From NCBI GenBank assembly GCA_002420005.1, contig DIHE01000147.1, positions 36,006 to 100,005 of the forward strand: a stretch of 64,000 nucleotides of DNA. The letters run 5' to 3'. A program made the position numbers and the translations under genes. The notes under the pieces are model-generated. The model searched no databases and was not told where the DNA came from. It worked only from the letters and a program-made list of their open reading frames with translations. The DNA comes from Holophagales bacterium UBA5704. GTDB lineage: Bacteria > Acidobacteriota > Thermoanaerobaculia > Multivoradales > UBA5704. Below are positions 33,086 through 44,222 of this stretch, piece after piece (position 1 is the first letter of the stretch; every line of letters starts with the position of its first letter).

Positions 33086-35662
33086 TCAGCCCTCACCCTT
33101 CACCGCAATCCCCTGCCCCCGCCGCCGGTCATAGCCCCAGCTCAGCAGGGCCGGCAACAGGGTGATCGCCACGAGCGAGGTCGCGAGGGCACCCAGGATC
33201 GCGGCCTTGCCGGTCGTCTGCAACCCGGGATAATGCGAGAAGGTGATCGAGCCGAAGCCCACGATGGTCGAGAGCGCCGCCGCCACCACCGCCTTGCCGG
33301 TCTCCAGCATGCCTTTCTCAAAACCCTCGCGCGGCAGATCGCGCACCTCGCGGTAGCGGTGCAGGACGTGGACGCCGTAGTCCACGCCGATGCCGATGAT
33401 CATGGTGGTGACAAAAATGTTGATGAAGTTCATCGGCGTGCCGATCGCCACCAGACCGCCCACCATCCAGAGAATGCCGACGGTGAGCGGTGCCAGGGCC
33501 ATGAAGGTCAGGCGCAGGTTGCGAAAATCGACCTGGAGGATGGCGGCGACCAGGAAGAAACCCAGGATGCCGGCGATCCAGGCGTCGCGCAGCACCAGCT
33601 CGCGAACCCGCTGGTTGACCACGTTCGTCCCGGCCAGCGCCGCCCGAGGCCCAAGCTCCTCCGCCAGCCGCAGGACCTCCGGCGGTGCCTCGCGCCGCCA
33701 GCGGTTGTCCGGCGGATACAGGTAGACGACCGCCTTCCAGCCGCGCGCCGTCTTGCGGAGGTAGCGGTCGAGCAACAGGCGGGTCTGCTCGTTCCCCTGG
33801 AAGTCCTGATAGCCGATGGGACCCGGCAGGCTCACCGCGTCCGCCAGAAGATCCAGCCCCGGCGCGAAGGCCTCCGGGCGCAAACCCTCCGCCTGCGCTG
33901 CCTGGTTGAAGGTGGTGCGGATGCGCTCCAGGTCGAGCGCCCCCCGGCGCTGCCGTTCCAGCCAGGCGAGCGCCTCGCGCTGCTGCGCCGGCGGAGGAAT
34001 GATCGAGGTCACCCCGCTGAAGCCGTAGAGCGTGCCGGTCTCGACCAGGCGGTGCGCCCCTTCCGCAGCCTTCGCCGCCAGATCGAGCGCCGCTTCGGGA
34101 GTGTCGCCGGTCGCCACCAGCATCATCGAGTCGAAGCCGGAGCCGAAGGCCTTGCCCACCTCCTCCGCCACGTCGATGCCCCGGTTGCCCTTCGGCCGCA
34201 TGGTCTTCATGCTCTCGTCGAACTCGAGGTGGACGGCGAGCCCGAGCGCCGCCGCGGTGATCGCTGCGCCGGCGAGAAGGGCGATGCGCCGGTGCTGCAT
34301 GCACAGGCGCATCAGGCGGTCGGAGCCGAAGCTGTGGATGTAGAGGTTCGGCTCGGTCTGCCGCTTCCGGTGGTGGTCCTCGCTCCAGGCGAGCAGCGCC
34401 GGCAGCAGGAACACCACGGCCAGGGCACAGAAAAGAATGCCGGTCCCGGTGAGCAGGCCCATCTGCCGCAAACCGGTGAAATCCGTGAAGGTGAAGGCCC
34501 AGAAGGTCGCCGTCGTGGTCACCGCCCCCACCAGAACCGCCCGGCCCGAGGAGCCGGACATCGCCATCAGCGCCTCCTCCAGCGTCGCACCGGCTCGCCG
34601 TTCTTCGACGAAACGGCCATAGCCGACGATGGCGAAATCGATCCCCAGGCCCACCAGGAGAGCCGCCACGATGCTGGTCGCCGAGCTCAGGGAGCCGACG
34701 GTCACCTTGGCGAAGCCGAAGGTGAGGATCAGGCCGGAGAGGAGCGGCAGGAATGTATAGGCCAGCGCAGCGGGGCGCCGGAACGCCACCAGGATGAGGA
34801 TCAGGACGCCGAGCAACGAGGTCACGATGTTGACCAGCATGTCGTTGCGGATGAGCGACGCATCCCCCAGAGCCGTGTGGTACGCACCGCCCACCACCAC
34901 CTGCGGCGCCGCGCCTCCCTGGGGTCCCGCCAGCTCGCCCCACTCGGCCACCGAGGCCGCGATCTCACGGTCCACCGCGGCGGCGAGCCGCTCGTTGAAC
35001 TTGATGTCCTGCGGCGGTTTCACCGGCTCGGCCAGGAGGAGCAGCAGGCGGTGGTCGACCGAGAGGTAATACCCGCTCGCCCAATCGACCTTGAGAGCAC
35101 CGCGCGAGCTCTGCACCCGGCCGAGGAAGACATCCGACAGACCCAGCGGATCGACGACGAGCAGGTTCTTCGCCGCCATCCCTTGCAGCGTGCCCGCCTG
35201 GAGGCGCAGCTCGCGCACCCTTGCACGGAGCGCTTCGTCGGTCAGCCGCTCTTCCAGCCGCCGCCGGCCCTCGTCATCGAGAAAGAGGACCGACTTGGGA
35301 AAGAACGTGTGCATCAGCTCTTCGGGATCGCCGAACCGATGCTGCACGCTCTTCAGCTCGGGCAGGCGGGAGAGCCGCCCGGCCAGCCGATCCGCCAGCG
35401 TCTCGTACGGGTCGATCACCGCCCCCTCGGGGATGCGGATCGCGACCAGGAGGTAGGTGTTGCTGCCGAAGTCCTCCAGCGTCTCGACATAGGCGCGCAC
35501 CGCCTTGTCGCTCTGCGGCAGCAGGCTCAGCATGTCGTTGTTGAAGGTGAGCAGCAGAGTGAGGATCAGCGACAGGGCCACCAGGGCCGCGACCACGGTG
35601 AACACCAACCGGTAGCGGTGCCGCGCGAAGAGCGCGATCCGCTGCAGCAAGGACATCTGCAT
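33086..35662 (-). CDS. RND-superfamily MMPL transporter (HpnN-like lipid/hopanoid exporter)
   Basis: 858 aa, two 6-TM bundles each followed by periplasmic domain, MMPL motifs (GIDFAIVGYGRF..., GIGVDYGVHVLHRY). Confidence 0.75.
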   Translation of the reverse strand: MQMSLLQRIALFARHRYRLVFTVVAALVALSLILTLLLTFNNDMLSLLPQSDKAVRAYVETLEDFGSNTYLLVAIRIPEGAVIDPYETLADRLAGRLSRLPELKSVQHRFGDPEELMHTFFPKSVLFLDDEGRRRLEERLTDEALRARVRELRLQAGTLQGMAAKNLLVVDPLGLSDVFLGRVQSSRGALKVDWASGYYLSVDHRLLLLLAEPVKPPQDIKFNERLAAAVDREIAASVAEWGELAGPQGGAAPQVVVGGAYHTALGDASLIRNDMLVNIVTSLLGVLILILVAFRRPAALAYTFLPLLSGLILTFGFAKVTVGSLSSATSIVAALLVGLGIDFAIVGYGRFVEERRAGATLEEALMAMSGSSGRAVLVGAVTTTATFWAFTFTDFTGLRQMGLLTGTGILFCALAVVFLLPALLAWSEDHHRKRQTEPNLYIHSFGSDRLMRLCMQHRRIALLAGAAITAAALGLAVHLEFDESMKTMRPKGNRGIDVAEEVGKAFGSGFDSMMLVATGDTPEAALDLAAKAAEGAHRLVETGTLYGFSGVTSIIPPPAQQREALAWLERQRRGALDLERIRTTFNQAAQAEGLRPEAFAPGLDLLADAVSLPGPIGYQDFQGNEQTRLLLDRYLRKTARGWKAVVYLYPPDNRWRREAPPEVLRLAEELGPRAALAGTNVVNQRVRELVLRDAWIAGILGFFLVAAILQVDFRNLRLTFMALAPLTVGILWMVGGLVAIGTPMNFINIFVTTMIIGIGVDYGVHVLHRYREVRDLPREGFEKGMLETGKAVVAAALSTIVGFGSITFSHYPGLQTTGKAAILGALATSLVAITLLPALLSWGYDRRRGQGIAVKGEG

Positions 35663-36285
35663 CAGGACCTCGGAGAGGACGGAGGGGACGAGTCAGGGTC
35701 CGGCGCGGCCAGCGACGCCGGCACCTCTCCCAGCAGGATCAGGCGGCCGAACCGCACGAAGTACTCAATGCCGGAGTAGACCGTGATGAGCATCGCCACC
35801 CAGAGCGAGAGCGGCGCCAGGTGCTGAAACGGGGCCAGGTGCTGCAGCTCCGCGAGCTTGTTGTGGATGATGATCAGCGAGATCGAGACGATCTGGACCG
35901 TTGTCTTGACCTTGCCCGAGAGGCCGGCAGGGATCACCAGGGTCTCGGCCGCCGCGAAGCTGCGCAGCGACCCGACGGCGAACTCGCGGGCGATGATCAC
36001 CACCACCATCCAGGACGGCACCACGTGCGGGTTCTGCTCGACCAGCGAGATGAACGCCGCCGAGATGAGGATCTTGTCCGCCGCGGGATCGAGCAGGGTG
36101 CCGAGCCGCGTCACCTGCTTGCGGCGCCGCGCCAGGTAGCCGTCGAGGAAGTCCATCAGGGCCGCCAGCAGAAACAGGGCGAGCCCCCACCACTCCTTGT
36201 CCTCAAACTTGGTGAGCAGTACCACCACCAAGGGAGGGACCAGGAGGATCCGGAAGATCGAGAGAAGGTTCGGCAGATTCAGCAT
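35662..36285 (-). CDS. pgsA: CDP-alcohol phosphatidyltransferase (CDP-diacylglycerol--glycerol-3-phosphate 3-phosphatidyltransferase-like)
   Basis: CDP-OH_P_transf motif DFLDGYLARRRKQVTRLGTLLDPAADK; 4-nt overlap with MMPL gene. Confidence 0.7.
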   Translation of the reverse strand: MLNLPNLLSIFRILLVPPLVVVLLTKFEDKEWWGLALFLLAALMDFLDGYLARRRKQVTRLGTLLDPAADKILISAAFISLVEQNPHVVPSWMVVVIIAREFAVGSLRSFAAAETLVIPAGLSGKVKTTVQIVSISLIIIHNKLAELQHLAPFQHLAPLSLWVAMLITVYSGIEYFVRFGRLILLGEVPASLAAPDPDSSPPSSPRS

Positions 36286-36360
36286 CGGCGATGTCCGGCC
36301 CGGTTCAGGCTCGGCGCATTGTATGACAGACCGGGGCCGGCGGGCGTACGCGCTCCTCAC

Positions 36361-36403
36361 AACAAAACGGCCGGCCCGGGGGAGCACCCCGCAGCCGGCC
36401 GCC
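36361..36403 (-). terminator. Rho-independent terminator downstream of groEL
   Basis: GC-rich nested stem (GGCCGGC/GCCGGCC) followed on minus strand by GTTTTGTT. Confidence 0.5.
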
Positions 36404-36432
36404 GAATCCTCAGAGCGAGGACGCGGGTGGGA

Positions 36433-38127
<1,695 letters not shown>

Positions 38128-38160
38128 TCAGTCGTTCAGGGACGGGGGATGCGGCAGGGG

Positions 38161-38457
38161 TCACTTGCCGACGACGGCGAGGATCTCGTCCTCGCGCAGG
38201 ATCACGTAGTCCTGGTCGTTCAGCTTGATCTCGCTCCCGGAGTACTTGCCCATCAAGACGCGGTCGCCCGCCTTGACGTCCATCGGGGAACGCTTGCCGT
38301 CCTCGAGGAGCTTGCCGGGACCGACGGCGATGACTTCCGCTTCCTGCGGCTTCTCTTTGGCGGTGTCCGGGATGATGATGCCCCCACGGACCTGCTCCTG
38401 GGCCTCGATGCGCTTCACCAGCACCCGATCGTGCAGCGGACGAATGTCAATGCTCAC
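38161..38457 (-). CDS. groS: Co-chaperonin GroES (10 kDa)
   Basis: [12 protein letters not shown]...[21 protein letters not shown] canonical. Confidence 0.95.
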   Translation of the reverse strand: MSIDIRPLHDRVLVKRIEAQEQVRGGIIIPDTAKEKPQEAEVIAVGPGKLLEDGKRSPMDVKAGDRVLMGKYSGSEIKLNDQDYVILREDEILAVVGK

Positions 38458-38513
38458 GGCTCTCTACCTCCTTGAAGGCGTTTGGGAAAAAGTCGGGGTC
38501 GGCATCGCCGTTG

Positions 38514-38540
38514 TTAGCACTCGGCGGCGATGACTGCTAA
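38514..38540. promoter_or_regulatory. CIRCE element (HrcA operator) upstream of groES
   Basis: TTAGCACTC-ggcggcgat-GACTGCTAA vs consensus TTAGCACTC-N9-GAGTGCTAA (one mismatch). Confidence 0.8.
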
Positions 38541-38654
38541 CAGTCTAGGAAGGCGGCGGCGGGTTGTCAAGCGGGGGCTACCGAAGGGGGCCGGGTCTGT
38601 CGTAGGATGCCCGCGTATCCATTGCATCCGTTCCCATCCTGGAGGAGAGAGGCG

Positions 38655-39065
38655 ATGCCCGAGATTCATCGTATCGGTGCACACATCACCTGGATCGAAG
38701 AACCCGACCTGATCGTCCTGCGGTTGTCCGGCGACGTGTCGGTCGAAGACGCCGAGGCGATCAACGTCCGGCACTTCGCGCTGATCGAGGACCGTGCCCA
38801 CATCTTCATGCTCGTCGACATGGCCGGCCTGCGCACGGACACCCCGGCCGGCCGCAAGCTCACGTCCGAGGCGCTGACCCGCATGCCGCTGCACGGCCTC
38901 GCGATCAGCCATGCCCATCTCGAAGCCCGGGTGATGGCCAAGATGGTCATCACCGGCTCCGAGCTGTTCAAGACCGAAGACAGCGGGAAGTTCCCCGTCA
39001 AGTTTTTTGACGACGAGCCGGCGGCCCGCGCCTGGATCGCGGAACGCCGCCAGGCCCTCGCCTGA
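38655..39065 (+). CDS. STAS-domain protein (anti-sigma-factor-antagonist-like)
   Basis: LRLSGDVSVEDAEAI...IFMLVDMAGL STAS pattern; GGAGGAG RBS; paralogue of 39722-40141. Confidence 0.55.
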   Translation: MPEIHRIGAHITWIEEPDLIVLRLSGDVSVEDAEAINVRHFALIEDRAHIFMLVDMAGLRTDTPAGRKLTSEALTRMPLHGLAISHAHLEARVMAKMVITGSELFKTEDSGKFPVKFFDDEPAARAWIAERRQALA

Positions 39066-39078
39066 AGGAGAGACCCCG

Positions 39079-39609
39079 ATGACCCTCCCGGCCCTGCTCT
39101 GCGCCGCCGCCCTGCTCGCCACCAACCCGGCCCCGGCAGCCGAGCCGGCAGCACCCCCGCCGATCCCTCCGGCCTCGGTCACCGTGGCCGATCTCGCCTG
39201 GCTGACCGGCACCTGGCAGGGCGACGTGGAGGGCGACTTCGCCGAGGACCAATGGAGCGAGCCGGTGGGCGGGGTGATGATGGGGATGTTCCGCTGGGTG
39301 GCGGGCGGCCGGGAGGGCAAGCTCGCGCTCTATGAATTCCTCGCCCTGGAGCCGAGCCCCGAAGGCCCCGTTCTCTGGCTCCGCCATTTCGGCAACCGGC
39401 TCGTCGCCCGCGAAGACAAGGACGGCGCCCTCGCCTTCCACCTCGCCTCCTACCGGCCGGGAGCGGCCACCTTCGACAACCGGGACCCCGCCAATCCCCT
39501 GCTCCTCTCCTACCGCCGCGAAGGAGACGACCGCCTCATCGCCACCCTCGAGCGGGTCGAGAACGGCAAGAAGGTGGTCACCGACTTCGTGTACACACGG
39601 CGGAGGTAG
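39079..39609 (+). CDS. Secreted hypothetical protein (lipocalin/beta-barrel-like DUF)
   Basis: Signal peptide MTLPALLCAAALLATNPAPAAEP; AAGGAG RBS. Confidence 0.5.
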   Translation: MTLPALLCAAALLATNPAPAAEPAAPPPIPPASVTVADLAWLTGTWQGDVEGDFAEDQWSEPVGGVMMGMFRWVAGGREGKLALYEFLALEPSPEGPVLWLRHFGNRLVAREDKDGALAFHLASYRPGAATFDNRDPANPLLLSYRREGDDRLIATLERVENGKKVVTDFVYTRRR

Positions 39610-39721
39610 GCCCCTCCTCCGTAATCGACTTCGCAACACATCGCACCGAAAATACCGGAAACCACCGGCCGGCTCGGAAAACGCGGCGGACCACCGGCCG
39701 ACCACGATGGGGAGGGACGCC

Positions 39722-40141
39722 ATGTCCGAGGTCTTCCGGTACGGAGCCCAGAGCACCTGGTTCGAGGAGCCCGATGTGATCGGCCTGAAGATGGTCGGCG
39801 TCGTCAGCGCGGAGGAATCGCGCGACTTTCATGCCAAACAGGTGGAGCTGAGCCAGGGCCGCAAGCATGTCTTCCTGCTGGTCGACATGTCCGACTTCTC
39901 CTCGGTCTCCTCCGCGGGCCGCAAATACGCCTCGGAAGGCCTGCACCAGACGCCCATCCGCGGCATCGCCGTCCACCAGGCGGGTATCACGGCCCGCGTG
40001 CTCGGCAAGCTGGTGGTCGCCGGTGTCCAACTCTTCACCAAGGACGAGACCAAGCACTTTCCCCTGGAGTTCTTTCCGACGGAGGCGGAGGCGCGGGCCT
40101 GGATCGACCAACGCCGCCGGGAGCTCACCTCCGCGGCGTGA
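39722..40141 (+). CDS. STAS-domain protein, paralogue of 38655-39065
   Basis: Shares WIEEPD.I.L, FLLVDMSDFS and C-terminal FFxxExEARAWIDQRRR with first copy; GGGAGGG RBS. Confidence 0.55.
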   Translation: MSEVFRYGAQSTWFEEPDVIGLKMVGVVSAEESRDFHAKQVELSQGRKHVFLLVDMSDFSSVSSAGRKYASEGLHQTPIRGIAVHQAGITARVLGKLVVAGVQLFTKDETKHFPLEFFPTEAEARAWIDQRRRELTSAA

Positions 40142-40194
40142 GCCGGCCCGAGGGCTCCGAGGCCGGGGTGGGAACCCCCGGCCCCCTGAGGAGA

Positions 40195-41622
40195 TCAGCC
40201 CGCGCTCGGTGCCGGCGCCGCTTTCGCAGGGGGCGGCGACGCAACCACCACCGTCTGCCCGGCCAGCGTGGCCTGCCCCTTGCGGGAGAAGTCGAGCGAC
40301 TCGGCCAGGATGCGCGCCGCTTCCTGCGGCGCATGGAAGCCCATGGAGTTCTCCGCCTCGATGAAGTCGAGATAGAACTGGGCCTTGCGCTGGAAGTCGC
40401 GCGCCTGGGCGAGCTTCTCGGCCGAGGCACCGGCGGCCTGGGCGGCCTGGATGTCCCGGATCAGGGCGATCACCGCATCGAGCGCCAGACCGCGCAGCTT
40501 GTGCGTCCGCTCCTGGATCGTCTCGATCCGCGCCTTGAGCTCCTCCTCCGGCCACTTGTGGCAGGTCTGGCAGGCGTTGTTGATGTTGAGCACGGGGCTC
40601 CGCACGTGATGGTCGCTGATCTTCATCGCCCCGACCCGCTGGTAGGGCATGTGGCAGTCCGCACAGGTCACCCCCGAACGGGCGTGGATGCCCTGGTTCC
40701 ACAGCTCGAACTCGGGGTGCTGCGCCTTGAGCGCCGGCGCGCCGCTGTCGGCATGCTCCCAGTCCTTGAAGCCTTCTTCGTCGTAATAGGCCAGCATGTC
40801 CTCGACCTTGAGGCCGTTCTTCCAGGGATAGGTCAGCCGCTTCTCCTTCCCCTTGAAGTGATACTCCACGTGGCACTGGCCGCAGACGAAGGCGCGCATC
40901 TCCTGGCGGGTGGCCATGGCGTTCACGTCGTAGTCCGGGATGCCCTGCGAGGCCTTGAGCGCGCGGATGCCTTCGATGAAACCGGGGCGCGTCACGCGCA
41001 GCTGCATCGTCTCCGGGTCGTGGCAATCGATGCAGGACACCGGATGCTCGACCAGCTTGCGGGCCTCGAAGAAGGGCATGGGGTTCATCGTCTCGAACCC
41101 TTTGATCAGGTCGCCGTTGCCCGCCTTCTTGTAGGGGACGTAGACCGAGGCGTGGCAATGCAGACAGGTGCCCGGTTGCGGTTTGTACTGCTGCCGGCCG
41201 GTGAAGGTCTGGTCGTCGAGCATGTAGGCATGGCCGCGCTCCTCGCGGAAGTCGAAGGCGAAGGCATAGCCGTTCCACAAGGTCTTGAGGCGCGGGTCCT
41301 CCTCCAGGCGGGAGGCGGCCACGATCGAACGCGGATCGGCCGAGGTCGGCGTGCGGGGCACGGCTTCGCTGCCGCCGAAGCGGGTGCGGACCTGATCGAC
41401 CGTACGCTTGTAACCGTCGTACTGAAGAGGGAAGTTCTTGCCCCAGACCGCCGGGTCGACCGTGGTGTCGTCGATCTCCACCACCCGGTAGAAGGTGTTG
41501 CGGGCCTCCTGCTTGTGCTCGAAGATGTTGACCAGGAGGGCGGTGACCCCCGCGGCGGCCAGGGCGGCGATGCCGGCCGCGGCGGCGATCAGCTTCCAGC
41601 CGGATTTCGTTTCATTGCTCAT
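40195..41622 (-). CDS. nrfA: Pentahaem cytochrome c nitrite reductase NrfA (all-CXXCH variant)
   Basis: Five CXXCH motifs (CLHCH, CIDCH, CGQCH, CADCH, CQTCH), N-terminal TM/signal anchor, NrfA-type Ca-site residues; GAGGTG RBS. Confidence 0.85.
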   Translation of the reverse strand: MSNETKSGWKLIAAAAGIAALAAAGVTALLVNIFEHKQEARNTFYRVVEIDDTTVDPAVWGKNFPLQYDGYKRTVDQVRTRFGGSEAVPRTPTSADPRSIVAASRLEEDPRLKTLWNGYAFAFDFREERGHAYMLDDQTFTGRQQYKPQPGTCLHCHASVYVPYKKAGNGDLIKGFETMNPMPFFEARKLVEHPVSCIDCHDPETMQLRVTRPGFIEGIRALKASQGIPDYDVNAMATRQEMRAFVCGQCHVEYHFKGKEKRLTYPWKNGLKVEDMLAYYDEEGFKDWEHADSGAPALKAQHPEFELWNQGIHARSGVTCADCHMPYQRVGAMKISDHHVRSPVLNINNACQTCHKWPEEELKARIETIQERTHKLRGLALDAVIALIRDIQAAQAAGASAEKLAQARDFQRKAQFYLDFIEAENSMGFHAPQEAARILAESLDFSRKGQATLAGQTVVVASPPPAKAAPAPSAG

Positions 41623-41627
41623 CGCAT

Positions 41628-42092
41628 TCACCTCGTCGGATGTCCCACGTCGGAATGGCAGCGCAGGCAGGAGGTCTCCTGACCGGCCCGGTGCGGCCCT
41701 TCGGGCCCTTCGATCGCCAGGACCAGGTCCTGGTGGCATTTGCGGCATGACTGCTCGGTGACCCGTTCATTGCGCCCCTTGATCCGGATCGGCTCCTTGA
41801 AATCACCGGTGGTGAAGGCATAGGAGTGCCAGAACCCGTTGAGCGCCTTGGTGGTGTACTTGGGGAGGAAGCCCGGGGGCGTGTGGCAGTCGTTGCACAC
41901 CGCGACCGACCGGTGGGGCCCGGTGAGCCAGCCGTCGTACTCGGCCTGCATGACGTGACAATTGGCACAGGCCGCCGGATCGTTGGTCAGATAGGCGGCC
42001 CCCCGGGCATAGACGAACGTGTAGAGACCGATCCCGACGGTGAGCCCGAGGAGCGTTCCGAGAAAGATGAAGCCGGCTGTCCGGTTGCGCAT
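41628..42092 (-). CDS. nrfH: NapC/NirT-family tetrahaem membrane quinol dehydrogenase NrfH
   Basis: N-terminal TM helix then four CXXCH (CANCH, CNDCH, CRKCH, CLRCH); immediately upstream of nrfA. Confidence 0.8.
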   Translation of the reverse strand: MRNRTAGFIFLGTLLGLTVGIGLYTFVYARGAAYLTNDPAACANCHVMQAEYDGWLTGPHRSVAVCNDCHTPPGFLPKYTTKALNGFWHSYAFTTGDFKEPIRIKGRNERVTEQSCRKCHQDLVLAIEGPEGPHRAGQETSCLRCHSDVGHPTR

Positions 42093-42209
42093 ACGTGGGG
42101 AGATCTCCACCCCGCGGGCCGGCAAAGGTCGTCCCGCGGGGTCCGGGAAGGCTACCGCAGGCAAGGCCGAGGATCGCCTACCCGGCGGGGTGGGTCGATG
42201 GCGGGAGGG

Positions 42210-43247
42210 TCACACGCCCTTGCGCTGCAGCTCGTCGTCGATCACTTCGGTGATCTGCTCGAGCGGCACGGCGCCGTTGATGAAGCGACCATTGATGAAC
42301 AGGGCCGGCGTGCCGCTCACGCCCGCAGCCGTCCCCGCCTCCATGTCCTCCGAGACCTTGGAGGCGTACTTGCCGGAGTCGAGGCAGGTGTTGAACGCCT
42401 CCGCGTTCAGCCCCAGCTCCGTCGCCTTGGCCTTGAGGGCGTCCACGGCGAGCTGCTGCTGGTTCTTGAACATGGAGTCGTGCATCTCCCAGAACTTGCC
42501 CTGGTCATTGGCGCAGAGAGAGGCCTCGGCGGCCTTCTGGGCGTTGGCGTGCATGCCGAGCGGGAACTGGCGGAACACGAGCCGCACCTTGTCGCCGTAC
42601 TTGGCCTTGACCTGGTCGAGGGTCGGGATCAGGCGGGCACAGAACGGGCACTCGAAGTCGGAGAACTCGACGATGGTCACAGGCGCACCCTCGGGTCCCT
42701 TGGCCGGGCCGACCGCCGCGACCTCGGTGCGCATCGGCTCGAGCTTCATCTCGACCTTGTACTTGCTCTCCAGGCCCTTGAAGAAGCTCTCGCGCGCCTC
42801 GAACTGCCCCTTCTGCTCCAGATACTGCCGAATCTGCCCGGCGATCTGGTCCTTGGGCTGCGGGATGCGCGCCTTGTTCTCTTCATAGAAGGCATCGATG
42901 GCCGCATCGGTCACCGCAGCCGGCTTGATGTCGGCGAGGAGCTGCTCCTTGGTGACGCCCTTGGCCGCGGCCTCGGTGTCCAGGAGGCGATCCTGGACCG
43001 CCTGCTGCAGCTGCCCCTGGAGGAGCTGGTACTTCTGCATCTCGTAGTCGCGCTCCAGCTGCTTGAACTGGGCGGCGCTGCTGGCCCGCACGTCCGCCTC
43101 GGTGATGGGCTTGCCGTTGACCACGGCGAGGACGTTGTCCTCCGGCTTGGCCTTGGCCTGGTCGGCGCACGCCGGCAGCCAGACGCCCAGGCCGAGCGCC
43201 AGGGCCAGAAAGCCCGGGAAGGTGCGGTGACGAAAGATCGATTTCAT
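42210..43247 (-). CDS. DsbA-family thiol:disulfide oxidoreductase lipoprotein with coiled-coil N-domain
   Basis: Lipobox LPAC; thioredoxin active site FECPFC; AAGGAG RBS. Confidence 0.75.
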   Translation of the reverse strand: MKSIFRHRTFPGFLALALGLGVWLPACADQAKAKPEDNVLAVVNGKPITEADVRASSAAQFKQLERDYEMQKYQLLQGQLQQAVQDRLLDTEAAAKGVTKEQLLADIKPAAVTDAAIDAFYEENKARIPQPKDQIAGQIRQYLEQKGQFEARESFFKGLESKYKVEMKLEPMRTEVAAVGPAKGPEGAPVTIVEFSDFECPFCARLIPTLDQVKAKYGDKVRLVFRQFPLGMHANAQKAAEASLCANDQGKFWEMHDSMFKNQQQLAVDALKAKATELGLNAEAFNTCLDSGKYASKVSEDMEAGTAAGVSGTPALFINGRFINGAVPLEQITEVIDDELQRKGV

Positions 43248-43358
43248 CGGTTCAAACTCCTTTTCGCTGTGTCCCTGCGGATGAGCCAAACGCATCGAAG
43301 GGCTCCAAAAACAAGGGGAAACTTTAGCACAGGGGTACGTCCCCCAGAGAGAAGGTGC

Positions 43359-44222
43359 TCACGGGGCCAGAAAGCGCGCCACCAGCCCTTCGAGGATGCG
43401 ATCCGCCGGCACCGATCGCAGGCGCAGGGCGGGCCCGCCGAGCAGCGCCTCGGCGAGCGCCAGGCGCGCCTGCCGGGCCGGGGCCGCCGCGGGAGGATCG
43501 AGATCCAGGGAACGGACGACGGCCGCCGCCACGGTGGCCCAGGGGCGCGCCGCGCGCGGGTCCTCCCAGCCTCCGGCGCGCGACAGGGCGTCCGCCGCAG
43601 CCAGCAGGTAGATGGCGGCACCGCTCTGCACCCAGCCGGACGCCGCAGCATGGAAGGCGCGCGCCAGCGGCTCCACCGCCGCCGCGTCCACCGGCTCGGC
43701 CGGGCCGAGGAAGACGGCCAGGGACCTGCTGCGCAAGGTGCGCAGCAGGTCGTGGGCCGAGGGGGCGAGGAGGAAGAAGTGGCGCGGCGCCGAGACGTGC
43801 GGCTCCTCCAGGGTCTTGAGCAGCGCGTTCGCCGCCTCGCCGGAGAGGGTCTCGGCGCTGGCGACCGCGAACACCTGGCCACGCGCCTCGAAAGGGGAGA
43901 CCTGGGCGGTGCGAAGGAGCTCGCGCGTGGCCTCCACCGAGGTGGCGGTCTTGAGATCGCGCTCCAGGACCTGGAAGTCCGGGTGGAAGGGCGCCTCCCC
44001 TTTCGCCTTGGCGCCGGCCTCCGCAGCGTCGGGCCAGACGATCCGACGGCAATGGCGGCAGACGCCGCACGGGCGGTCCTGCGCCACCACGGCCTCGCAG
44101 AGCAGGGTGCGGGCGAGCTCCAGGGCCGCCTGCTGCCGCGCCGGGGCGTCCCGGCCGTGCAGGATGACCGACGGATAGAGCCGGCCCGCCCGGGCCGACC
44201 GCAGGGCCACCGCGTAGCTCAC
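43359..44222 (-). CDS. holB: DNA polymerase III delta-prime subunit
   Basis: AAA+-like clamp-loader motifs, Zn-module CGVCRHCRR; GTG start overlapping tmk stop (GTGA). Confidence 0.7.
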   Translation of the reverse strand: MSYAVALRSARAGRLYPSVILHGRDAPARQQAALELARTLLCEAVVAQDRPCGVCRHCRRIVWPDAAEAGAKAKGEAPFHPDFQVLERDLKTATSVEATRELLRTAQVSPFEARGQVFAVASAETLSGEAANALLKTLEEPHVSAPRHFFLLAPSAHDLLRTLRSRSLAVFLGPAEPVDAAAVEPLARAFHAAASGWVQSGAAIYLLAAADALSRAGGWEDPRAARPWATVAAAVVRSLDLDPPAAAPARQARLALAEALLGGPALRLRSVPADRILEGLVARFLAP

